From NCBI GenBank assembly GCA_964399915.1, contig CAYNRN010000001.1, positions 57,646 to 108,738 on the forward strand: a DNA stretch of 51,093 nucleotides. Reading direction: 5' to 3'. Position 1 is the stretch's first letter, and the number at the start of each line of letters is the position of its first letter. Source of the stretch: an uncultured Planctomycetales bacterium (lineage in GTDB: Bacteria > Omnitrophota > Gorgyraeia > Gygaellales > Profunditerraquicolaceae). Shown here in pieces: positions 28,617 through 36,781 of the stretch. Made by a program: the position numbers and the translations under genes. Under the pieces are notes generated by a model. It searched no databases. It saw nothing but the letters and a program-made list of their open reading frames with translations, and was not told the origin of the DNA.

Positions 28617-30176
28617 ATGAAGAATATTATTTTGGGGCTAATCGTATTTGTAGCGGCGGTAGATATTTCTTTGGCAGCGGACTTTCAATGGCAGGATATC
28701 AGTTTGGGCAACAGAGAGGTGACCGCGGTATTGGCGAGTGATTCGGCAGGCAGCATTATTATCGGCTCGGCAGGCAGGATTTTAAGGTATGTTGACGATG
28801 CCGGGGATTGGCGTTTGCTTTTGTCGGTAAGAGGCGATATCAGGGATATTAATCGCCTGGCGGCAGATCCTTCCGATAAAAGACGGCTGTACGCTGCCAC
28901 GGGCAACGGTTTATATATCAGCGTAGATAACGGCAACAGCTGGAAAAAATCCCTTAAAGGGAAAAATCAAAATGAGCAGGCGTGTACAGGCGTGGCGGTT
29001 TGCGAAGGCGTGGTTTACCTCGGAACAAAAGGAGGGCTTTTTATCTCCGTAGATAATGGCAGGCTTTGGCATAAGGCAAACGGCACCTTAGGCAAGACAG
29101 AGATTATGAACATTGATTCTGCTTTTGGCAGTGTATACGTTGCTTCTGCGGATGGTGTATATCTTAAGGAAGAAGATTCTTTTGAATGGAGTAAGATTTA
29201 TTCCGCTCAAGGGAGGGAGGTTTTTATTTATGAAGAAGGGGCAGCTGAAAGCCGGGAGGAGGACAGGAGTTCGCTGGTCAATTATATTTGCGCTGATTCC
29301 CTCCGCCAAGGGCACCTCTACCTGGCTACGGCAATCGGTATATACGAAAGCCAGGATAACGGGCTGAATTGGCGATCATTTGACGATTATGGGCTTTTAA
29401 GCAAAGACGTACGTCTACTTTCATTACTGCCGACAGGCGAATTATTCGCAGCGACTCAAAAAGGAATTTTCAGGTATGACGACGGCAGGTGGCAGGAGCT
29501 TTTCTTTGGCGCTAACTGTGACTATGTGCGTTGTTTAAGCGCTGATATAGAGGGGGTACTCTATGCTGGTTGTAATAACGGTTTATTCAAGGCAACCCAG
29601 GTAGCTGCCGATGCCACATATAGCAATGATCCGGATTATTCCAGAGAGCCGTCTATACAGAAGGTTCAGCAGGCAGCGATAAAATATGCTGAGGTTGAGC
29701 CGGAGAAGATAATCCGCTGGAGGAAACAAGCGGCGAAAAAAGCTTTACTGCCTAAAGTCACTCTCTCTATGGATCAGGATTTAAACCGGACAAATTCAAG
29801 CAATATCTGGGGCACCTATAGCTCAAACGGGACTCCGGGCAGGCACTATGCAGGCCCGGATGACGTCACTAAATATAACAATAAGAGCTGGGGGGTGTCG
29901 TTAAGCTGGGAGTTAAGCGATTTAGTCTTTAGCGATGACCAGACTAATATTGATGTCCGTTCCCGCCTGATGGTGGAATTGCGCGATGATATACTGGATG
30001 AGGTGAATAAAACTTACTATGAACGCTTAAGGGTCAAAATGGAGTTAGACGAGCTCTCTCTCCTGGATAAAAAGAAGCGCAGGGAAAAGGAGCTGCGGAT
30101 ACAGGAATTAAGCGCTTCGCTAGATTCTTTGACCGGCGGCTATTTCTCCCGGCAGATTCAAAATAACAAGGGTTAA
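28617..30176 (+). CDS. secreted BNR/Asp-box repeat beta-propeller protein (Ycf48/sialidase-like) with a C-terminal coiled-coil region
   Basis: Signal peptide MKNIILGLIVFVAAVDISLA. Repeated SxDxGxxW boxes (SVDNGNSWKK, SVDNGRLWHK, SQDNGLNWRS). The C-terminal 150 aa are charged and coiled-coil-like. Confidence 0.7.
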   Translation: MKNIILGLIVFVAAVDISLAADFQWQDISLGNREVTAVLASDSAGSIIIGSAGRILRYVDDAGDWRLLLSVRGDIRDINRLAADPSDKRRLYAATGNGLYISVDNGNSWKKSLKGKNQNEQACTGVAVCEGVVYLGTKGGLFISVDNGRLWHKANGTLGKTEIMNIDSAFGSVYVASADGVYLKEEDSFEWSKIYSAQGREVFIYEEGAAESREEDRSSLVNYICADSLRQGHLYLATAIGIYESQDNGLNWRSFDDYGLLSKDVRLLSLLPTGELFAATQKGIFRYDDGRWQELFFGANCDYVRCLSADIEGVLYAGCNNGLFKATQVAADATYSNDPDYSREPSIQKVQQAAIKYAEVEPEKIIRWRKQAAKKALLPKVTLSMDQDLNRTNSSNIWGTYSSNGTPGRHYAGPDDVTKYNNKSWGVSLSWELSDLVFSDDQTNIDVRSRLMVELRDDILDEVNKTYYERLRVKMELDELSLLDKKKRREKELRIQELSASLDSLTGGYFSRQIQNNKG

Positions 30177-30310
30177 TTATGGGTGGCTAAACAGCAAGTA
30201 AACTAAGCTAACAGCTAATTTTCATAAACCGCTTGCAATTCTTTCCTGTTTGTGATATTTTATACTTCCCTGCCGATAAAATATTAACCTTTTTTAAGAG
30301 GATGCCAGCC

Positions 30311-30631
30311 ATGAGTACTTTGCATTTTAGCGATATGAACTTCAAGAAGGAAGTTCTTGAAGACAAGGGTACGGTTTTAGTTGATTTTTGGGCTGCCTGG
30401 TGCGGCCCCTGCAAGATGATTGCTCCTGCGCTGGAGGAACTGGCAAAAGAGTATACCGGAAAACTTAAGGTCGGAAAGGTAAACGTGGATGAAAATCCCA
30501 AAGTTGCCACGGAATTCGCGGTGATGTCCATTCCTACCCTGGTCTTTTTCAAGGCCGGTAAAGTAATGGACCAGGTAGTCGGCGCGCTCAGTAAAGCTGA
30601 TTTAAGAAAAAGAATAGAAGAGAACCTCTAA
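30311..30631 (+). CDS. trxA: thioredoxin
   Basis: WCGPC active site, about 106 aa from ATG 30311, with an AAGAGG RBS. The longer listed ORF (30233) adds a non-conserved leader. Confidence 0.9.
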   Translation: MSTLHFSDMNFKKEVLEDKGTVLVDFWAAWCGPCKMIAPALEELAKEYTGKLKVGKVNVDENPKVATEFAVMSIPTLVFFKAGKVMDQVVGALSKADLRKRIEENL

Positions 30632-30635
30632 CCCG

Positions 30636-30676
30636 GCCCTTACTCGGGCCAGGGTTATATAGTCAGGAGTAAGGGC
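30636..30676 (+). promoter_or_regulatory. stem-loop whose 3' arm contains the SD of the next gene
   Basis: GCCCTTACTC (30636-45) pairs with GAGTAAGGGC (30667-76). The AGGAG SD for GTG 30681 lies inside the 3' arm. A competing short hairpin GGCCC/GGGCC lies at 30635-30650. Confidence 0.35.
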
Positions 30677-30680
30677 TCAG

Positions 30681-31769
30681 GTGAAAAGGGTATTTATCGC
30701 CGCTACCAAGCAGAATGATGGCAAGACTACCGTTTCACTGGGGTTAATTCGTAACTTTCAGGAAAAATTCAAGAAGGTCGCCTTTATAAAACCTATCGGC
30801 CAGCGCTACCTTGAGGAAGAAGGTTTAAAGATTGACGAAGATTCGCTCTTGATAGAAGAGGTCTGCGGAATCAAATGCGGGCTTAAAGACATGAGCCCGA
30901 TAGCGGTTGAGAAGGGTTTTACCGAGGAATATATCGCCCACCCTGATAAGAAAGCGATTACCAAGCAGATCAAGAAATCATTCCACAGGGTTTCGAAAAA
31001 ACAGGATCTGGTGGTAATCGAGGGCACCGGCCATGCCGGAGTAGGTTCTGTTTTTGACCATTCAAATGCCGCGGTAGCAAAACTCCTCAATTCCAAGGTG
31101 ATCATTCTCTCCTCGGGCGGCATCGGCAGGCCGATCGATGAGATTATCCTGAATAAAGCGCTTTTTGAGCGCGTGGGAGTTAAACTTCTCGGGGTTATCG
31201 TAAATAAGGTATTGCCTGAGAAGTTTGATAAGATCAATCGCCTGGTGAGGAAAGGATTGGAGCATAACGGCATTAAGGTGCTGGGGGTAATCCCTTATAT
31301 GCCGATGCTCTCTTACCCGACGTTGGGGCAGATCGTGGATGAGACAGGTTATGAGATTGTCTGCGGCAAGGAATATCTTGAGAATTCCATTTCGCGGATT
31401 ATTATCGGGGCAATGGAGCCCCGCGACGCAATCAACTATATCGTTGAAGATAGCCTTTTGATTACCCCCGGAGACAGGGAGGATTTGATTGTGGCATGCC
31501 TGGGGTGTTTCAGGGATACGCCGGATAAGCGCACTAAGATTTCCGGGATGGTCCTGACCGGAGGGATAATGCCGGACCCGCCGATTATAAGCATCTTAAG
31601 CAAGTCGGGTTTTCCGGTATTGATGGCAAAAGAAGATACCTATCTGGTATCGTCGCTTATTCACGACCTTACCGTCAAAATCAGGCCGCGCGATAAGGAA
31701 AAGATAAATACCGCAGTAGAATTAATCAGGAAAAACGTCGATTTAGAAGCGATATTGTCCCGCATGTAA
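30681..31769 (+). CDS. stand-alone BioD-like P-loop plus DRTGG domain protein, homologous to the N-terminal half of long (type II) phosphotransacetylases
   Basis: N-terminus VFIAATKQNDGKTTVSLGL (BioD/CobQ-like P-loop), 362 aa, with a DRTGG-like LITPGDRED motif. It is directly upstream of the pta catalytic gene. GTG start. Confidence 0.7.
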   Translation: MKRVFIAATKQNDGKTTVSLGLIRNFQEKFKKVAFIKPIGQRYLEEEGLKIDEDSLLIEEVCGIKCGLKDMSPIAVEKGFTEEYIAHPDKKAITKQIKKSFHRVSKKQDLVVIEGTGHAGVGSVFDHSNAAVAKLLNSKVIILSSGGIGRPIDEIILNKALFERVGVKLLGVIVNKVLPEKFDKINRLVRKGLEHNGIKVLGVIPYMPMLSYPTLGQIVDETGYEIVCGKEYLENSISRIIIGAMEPRDAINYIVEDSLLITPGDREDLIVACLGCFRDTPDKRTKISGMVLTGGIMPDPPIISILSKSGFPVLMAKEDTYLVSSLIHDLTVKIRPRDKEKINTAVELIRKNVDLEAILSRM

Positions 31770-31778
31770 ATTTAGGCT

Positions 31779-31798
31779 TCGGGCGGGATCCCGCCCGA
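31779..31798. repeat. GC-rich perfect palindrome TCGGGCGGGATCCCGCCCGA (copy 1 of 2)
   Basis: 20-nt perfect palindrome in the spacer before pta. Its 17-mer TCGGGCGGGATCCCGCC is repeated exactly at 34771-34787. Confidence 0.7.
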
Positions 31799-31831
31799 GA
31801 GCTGGCTGGTGGCGGGGAAAGGAATATAAAG

Positions 31832-32761
31832 ATGGATACGATCAACAGGATCAGGGATAAAGCAAGGTCTAATCCCAAAAGAATCGTCCTGCCTGAAAAT
31901 AATGACCGGCGAGTCGTAGAAGCAGCCAAAATAATAGAGAAGGAAAAAATCGCCGAAGTCCTACTCTTGACGCCGGATAAAATCAATTCCGGGAAGAGGG
32001 AAAACTACATCAAGCAGTATTACCAGCTGCATAAAGTAAAAGGCATCAGTTTAAACGAAGTAAGGAAGCTCTTTGATAGCCCTCTTTATTACGGGGCAAT
32101 GATGGCCAGGATGGGCGATGCCGACGGTTTTGTGGCAGGCGCCAGCCATACCACCCCGGATGTAGCAAGAAGCGCCATACGCTGCCTGGGGGTAAGCGAA
32201 CGCATTACTATTGCTACCGGTGCGTTTATTATGGTAACTCCGGATTGCCCTTACGGGGAAAACGGGACTTTTGTCTTCGCCGATTGCGGCATTGTCCCGG
32301 ACCCCAACGCCAGGCAGCTTGCCTGTATTGCGGTTGCTGCCGCGGAATTAGCCGCCAAGACGCTTGATATCCCCGCGCGCGTAGCGCTTCTAAGTTATTC
32401 GACCAAAGGCTCGGCTAAGGGCAGGTCAATCGATAAAATCACCGAAGCGCTCGCTTTGATTAAGGGGATGTCCCCCGGCCTTTTAGTTGACGGGGAATTA
32501 CAGGTTGATGCGGCGATCGTACCGGAAGTAACGAAAATAAAATTTCCCGATTCACCGATTGCCGGACAGGCAAACGTTTTAATTTTTCCAAACCTCGAAG
32601 CAGGGAATATCGGTTATAAACTTGTGCAGAGGTTGGCTGATGCCCGGGCAGTCGGCCCGCTGATTCTTGGGCTAAATAAGCCCTGCAGCGACTTATCGCG
32701 CGGCTGTTCCGTGGAAGATATTGTCGATTGTGTAGCGGCAATTGCCATCATGGCTCAGTAA
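31832..32761 (+). CDS. pta: phosphate acetyltransferase (catalytic PTA_PTB domain only)
   Basis: 309 aa with GASHTTPDV and the C-terminal ...SRGCSVEDIVDCVAIAI... typical of Pta. Adjacent to ackA. Confidence 0.9.
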   Translation: MDTINRIRDKARSNPKRIVLPENNDRRVVEAAKIIEKEKIAEVLLLTPDKINSGKRENYIKQYYQLHKVKGISLNEVRKLFDSPLYYGAMMARMGDADGFVAGASHTTPDVARSAIRCLGVSERITIATGAFIMVTPDCPYGENGTFVFADCGIVPDPNARQLACIAVAAAELAAKTLDIPARVALLSYSTKGSAKGRSIDKITEALALIKGMSPGLLVDGELQVDAAIVPEVTKIKFPDSPIAGQANVLIFPNLEAGNIGYKLVQRLADARAVGPLILGLNKPCSDLSRGCSVEDIVDCVAAIAIMAQ

Positions 32762-32811
32762 CCTATGGATTGTAGCCTATGGGCTATGAGCCATCAGCTA
32801 TGGGCTAAACT

Positions 32812-33882
32812 ATGAGAATACTTGTCATTAACAGCGGCAGTTCCTCGATCAAATATAAACTCTATACTATGCCCGGAAATCGCCTGCTGGTCCGCGGCAG
32901 TATAGACCGTATCGGAGAAAAGAACTCTCCGGTAAAGGACCACCACAGCGGATTAAAGAAGATTCTGCAAAAGATTGACGGAGTTTCTGCGGTCGGCCAT
33001 CGCGTAGTGCACGGCGCAGAGAGGTTTAAAAAGCCGGTAATCATTACTGCTTCGGTAATCAGAGAGATCCGGCTTTGCTGTTCGATAGCGCCTCTGCATA
33101 ACCCGGCGAACCTCGAAGGTATCCTTGCCTGTAAAAAGCTTCTGCCGGGTGTCAAACAGGTCGCAGTCTTTGATACGGCTTTTCATCAATCGTTGCCGGA
33201 GCACGCATATATATACGGCCTGCCTTACCGTTATTACCGTAAATACGGCATCAGGAAATACGGTTTTCACGGCACAAGCCATGAGTATGTCGCGCAGAGG
33301 GCCGCGGAAAAGTTAAAAAAACCGCTGAAGAAATTGAAGTTGATTACCTGCCATCTGGGCAATGGCTGCAGTATTACTGCTGTTGACAGGGGGCGTTCCG
33401 TAGACACCAGCATGGGTTTTACTCCGCTGGAAGGGCTGGTGATGGGTACCCGCTGCGGAGATATCGATCCGGCGCTGGTAACTTTTATTATGAAGAAAGA
33501 GGGCCTTGATGCCGGCGGGATAGATAAGACAATGAATGAAGCAAGCGGCCTTAAGGGTATCTCCGGTATCGGTAATGATATGCGGATTATCGAGCGTAAG
33601 AGAAATGCCGGTAACCGGCTGGCGCGCCTGGCATGGGATATCTTCTCTTACCGGATAAAAAAATATATCGGTGCTTATGCTGCGATAATGGGCGGAGTTA
33701 ATGCTATAGTCTTTACCGCCGGCATAGGAGAACATCAGCGCAGTATCAGGCAGGAAATCTGCCGGGGTATATTCGCTCACTTTAAAAATAAGCCTAAGAT
33801 CTTGGTAATCCCCACTGATGAAGAGCTGATGATTGCCCAGAGCACATTTAAGCTGGTAAAAAAAAGTTTTAAACGGAGGTAG
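32812..33882 (+). CDS. ackA: acetate kinase (compact, 356 aa)
   Basis: Motifs ILVINSGSSSIKY, GHRVVHG, APLHNPANL, GFHGTSH, GTRCGDIDP and VIPTDEELMIA are all present. It is about 40 aa shorter than typical AckA. Confidence 0.9.
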   Translation: MRILVINSGSSSIKYKLYTMPGNRLLVRGSIDRIGEKNSPVKDHHSGLKKILQKIDGVSAVGHRVVHGAERFKKPVIITASVIREIRLCCSIAPLHNPANLEGILACKKLLPGVKQVAVFDTAFHQSLPEHAYIYGLPYRYYRKYGIRKYGFHGTSHEYVAQRAAEKLKKPLKKLKLITCHLGNGCSITAVDRGRSVDTSMGFTPLEGLVMGTRCGDIDPALVTFIMKKEGLDAGGIDKTMNEASGLKGISGIGNDMRIIERKRNAGNRLARLAWDIFSYRIKKYIGAYAAIMGGVNAIVFTAGIGEHQRSIRQEICRGIFAHFKNKPKILVIPTDEELMIAQSTFKLVKKSFKRR

Positions 33883-33890
33883 CATTAGAG

Positions 33891-34262
33891 ATGTACAGGA
33901 CAATATTAAAATCAAAGATACACGGGGCGCGCGTAAGCGAAGCGAACCTCGCTTACGAAGGCAGTATTACTATTGATGAAATTTTAATGCGTGAGGCTGA
34001 TCTTCTGCCCGGTGAAAAAGTAGAGGTTTTTAACCTTAATAACGCCGAGCGTTTTGAGACTTATGTAATTAAGGGCAGGAAAGGCTCAGGTGCTATCTGC
34101 CTTAACGGGCCGGCAGCGCACTTAGGTTCCGTGGGGGATAAGTTGATTATTGTAGCTTACATGATAGTTGAAGATAGGAAGGCATCTGGAGTTAAGCCCA
34201 GGATAGTATTTGTCGGCGAAGGAAACCGGATTAACCCCGCCCTTTCCAAAAGAAAGAAATAA
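33891..34262 (+). CDS. panD: aspartate 1-decarboxylase
   Basis: MYRTILKSKIHGARV...YEGSITID contains the self-cleavage G-S site. 123 aa. Confidence 0.95.
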   Translation: MYRTILKSKIHGARVSEANLAYEGSITIDEILMREADLLPGEKVEVFNLNNAERFETYVIKGRKGSGAICLNGPAAHLGSVGDKLIIVAYMIVEDRKASGVKPRIVFVGEGNRINPALSKRKK

Positions 34263-34263
34263 T

Positions 34264-34878
34264 ATGGAAGAAGGAACCGGGTTAAGGATTAAACTTTTCG
34301 GCGATCCTGTCTTAAGGAAGAAGGCGCTGGCGGTTAAAAAGATTACCCCCCGCCATAAACAGATCCTAAGCAGTATGGCCCGACTGATGTACGAAGGGGG
34401 AGGCATCGGATTGGCTGCTCCGCAGGCAGGCATCCTGGAAACGATGATTACCGTGGATATCGGCAGCGGCCTTTATAAGCTGATCAACCCGAAAGTAGTC
34501 AAAAGAGAAGGTAGGCAGGCGCTGGAAGAGGGCTGCCTGAGCGTGCCGGGAGTCTGCGTTAAAGTAAGACGGGCAAAAAAAATCACCGTCCATGCGCAGG
34601 ATGAAGAGGGCAAGCCGTTGAGCATAGAAGCAGAGGATCTTCTGGCATGCGTTTTAGAGCATGAGATAGACCATTTAAGAGGCAGGCTGATCGTAGATTA
34701 TGCCTCATTCATTGAGAGGATGAGGATAAAGAAGAAATTAGAAAAATTATCCCGCCAAGCAATCGAGGAATCGGGCGGGATCCCGCCAGAGTATCAGATA
34801 GGCTCAGCGGGAAAAAAGAGGTTTCAGGATGAAATCCTGCCCGAATCAGAAACAAAATCTTGCAAACTGCAACTGTAG
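34264..34878 (+). CDS. def: peptide deformylase with an unusual C-terminal extension of about 30 aa
   Basis: Motifs [16 protein letters not shown] and HEIDHLRG. I chose start ATG 34264 ([18 protein letters not shown]). The tail overlaps the next ORF and contains the palindromic repeat. Confidence 0.9.
   Translation: MEEGTGLRIKLFGDPVLRKKALAVKKITPRHKQILSSMARLMYEGGGIGLAAPQAGILETMITVDIGSGLYKLINPKVVKREGRQALEEGCLSVPGVCVKVRRAKKITVHAQDEEGKPLSIEAEDLLACVLEHEIDHLRGRLIVDYASFIERMRIKKKLEKLSRQAIEESGGIPPEYQIGSAGKKRFQDEILPESETKSCKLQL
34771..34787. repeat. second copy of the GC-rich palindromic repeat (TCGGGCGGGATCCCGCC), inside the def 3' extension
   Basis: Exact 17-mer match to 31779-31795. Confidence 0.7.
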
Positions 34879-35026
34879 TTATGAGCCATGCGGCAGAAAA
34901 GGAATTTGCTGCGAATGTATCGCCTATCACCGTAAAAGCAGGCAGTTACCCGCCTGTTACTTTCCCCCGGAAGCGGAAAAGGGTTTTGACCGTTCAATAG
35001 ATAACTTTCTCCGCCTTAATAAATGA
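34829..35026 (+). CDS. small cysteine-rich protein (recalled as DUF6485-like)
   Basis: [43 protein letters not shown] matches my memory of a conserved small Cys-rich family. AAGAGG RBS. It overlaps the def tail by 50 nt and lipA by 4 nt. Confidence 0.6.
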   Translation: MKSCPNQKQNLANCNCSYEPCGRKGICCECIAYHRKSRQLPACYFPPEAEKGFDRSIDNFLRLNK

Positions 35027-35877
35027 AAAAGCTGCCGGATTGGTTTAAGCAAGAGATACCCCAGGCGCGGGTATTTTCCCGAATGGAAGAATTAACACGT
35101 TATCCGGTTTCCACCGTCTGCCGGGAAGCGCGCTGCCCGAATCTGAATAATTGTCTTAGCCGCGGCAGGGTGACTTTTTTGATATTGGGGAATGTCTGTA
35201 CAAGGGGATGCAGGTTTTGTTGCGTAAAGAAAAATTTTCTTAAGCTTGCTTTTGACCCGGGCGAGCCTCTAAGAGTTGCCCGGGCCGCCAGGGATATCGG
35301 GATCAAATATGCGGTAATTACCTCGGTAACGCGCGATGATTTATCCGACGGAGGGGCTGCGGTTTTTGCCGAAACCGTCAGGCGTCTCCGCGCCGAGGGC
35401 ATCGGGGCGGAATTATTGATTCCCGATTTCAAAGGCCAGGCGCAGGCTTTGCAATTAATCATTGATTCTTCTCCGCTGGTAGTGGCTCATAATCTTGAAA
35501 CAGTAAAGAGGCTCTACGCCGGATTGAGGCCGCAGGCGGATTATGCGCGGTCGCTTATGGTTTTGCGTAAAATTAAGCAGCTATCCGGCAACGTAATCAC
35601 AAAGTCTTCTCTAATGCTGGGATTTGGCGAGCGCGAAGCAGAAGTAGTTGAGGCAATGCGCGATTTAAGATATAATTACTGCGATATAGTTACTTTCGGC
35701 CAGTATCTTGCCCCTACGCCCGGCCACTACCCGGTAAAAGAGTTTATCAATCCGGCGCAATTTGACAGATACAGAGATATTGGCGAATCCTTAGGGTTTA
35801 AAAAAGTCTTATCCGCTCCGCTGGCAAGAAGTTCATTCCTGGCGGAGGAAATTTATCAGGAGCTTAGCCATGTATGA
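35023..35877 (+). CDS. lipA: lipoyl synthase
   Basis: Auxiliary-cluster motif [12 protein letters not shown] and radical SAM motif CTRGCRFC. Confidence 0.95.
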   Translation: MKKLPDWFKQEIPQARVFSRMEELTRYPVSTVCREARCPNLNNCLSRGRVTFLILGNVCTRGCRFCCVKKNFLKLAFDPGEPLRVARAARDIGIKYAVITSVTRDDLSDGGAAVFAETVRRLRAEGIGAELLIPDFKGQAQALQLIIDSSPLVVAHNLETVKRLYAGLRPQADYARSLMVLRKIKQLSGNVITKSSLMLGFGEREAEVVEAMRDLRYNYCDIVTFGQYLAPTPGHYPVKEFINPAQFDRYRDIGESLGFKKVLSAPLARSSFLAEEIYQELSHV

Positions 35878-36781
35878 TTTGGCGGTAATCGGGGCCGGCC
35901 CGGCGGGCTTAACCGCTGCGCTCTATGCGGGAAGATTCCGCTTGAATACGCTGATTCTCGAAAAAGTCTCTGCCGGAGGCCAGATCATCCTTTCGTCGGA
36001 AATCGAAAATTATCCCGGTTTTCCGGGCGGCATCTCCACGTTTGAACTTATTGAGAGGTTCAAAAAGCAGATCCACGAGTTAGGCCTGACTATAGATAAT
36101 AGTGAAGTATGCCAGTTGCAGCAGAACAGCGGAAATTTTGATATTATCACTAAAGAAAATTCATACCAGGCGCAAAGCGTGATTATCGCTTCCGGCGCAA
36201 AACCGCGCAGGCTCGGCGTGCCGGGCGAAGAGCGCCTGACTGGCAGGGGCGTTTCCTACTGTGGTACCTGCGATGGGCCGCTCTTTAGAGACAAAGAGAT
36301 TATGCTTATCGGAGGTGGGGATAGGGCGGTAGAAGAGGCGATTTTCTTAAGCGGTTATGCTTCTAAAGTGTATTTGGTGCACCGCAGAAGCGAGTTCAGG
36401 GCATCGGCGATCCTAATCGAAAAAGCCAGGAATAACCCAAAAATAGAGCCGGTATTAGAGTCGGTCCTGGAGGAGATTTCCGGTGAAAGCAGGGTAGAAA
36501 AGGTAAGCCTGAAAAATACTAAAACCGGCGCTATCTCTCAGATACCGTGTTCCGGGGTATTCATCTTTGTGGGGATAGAACCGAATACCGGTTTTTTAAA
36601 AAATATCTTGGATACGGATGAAAAAGGGTTTATAATCACAGATCAGCAGATGCTGACTTCTGAAAAGGGAGTTTTTGCCTGCGGAGATTGCCGCAGTAAA
36701 ACATTATATCAGGTAATTACCGCCTGTGCCGAAGGAGCGGTTGCCGCAGATTCGGCGCATAAATACCTATTAAACCGATGA
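35870..36781 (+). CDS. trxB: thioredoxin-disulfide reductase
   Basis: FAD motif GAGPAGLTAA, redox-active CGTCDG, NADPH motif GGGDRAVEEA, 303 aa. Confidence 0.9.
   Translation: MYDLAVIGAGPAGLTAALYAGRFRLNTLILEKVSAGGQIILSSEIENYPGFPGGISTFELIERFKKQIHELGLTIDNSEVCQLQQNSGNFDIITKENSYQAQSVIIASGAKPRRLGVPGEERLTGRGVSYCGTCDGPLFRDKEIMLIGGGDRAVEEAIFLSGYASKVYLVHRRSEFRASAILIEKARNNPKIEPVLESVLEEISGESRVEKVSLKNTKTGAISQIPCSGVFIFVGIEPNTGFLKNILDTDEKGFIITDQQMLTSEKGVFACGDCRSKTLYQVITACAEGAVAADSAHKYLLNR

Noticed and set aside
33313-33915. A 200-aa ORF on the minus strand, antisense to ackA.
   Set aside because: It lies entirely opposite a motif-perfect ackA and has no recognisable motif, RBS or promoter. It is a typical shadow ORF. 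The same reasoning applies to other long antisense ORFs, for example 8752-9234, 30806-31273, 44784-45281, 47258-47695, 19358-19777 and 13409-13819.
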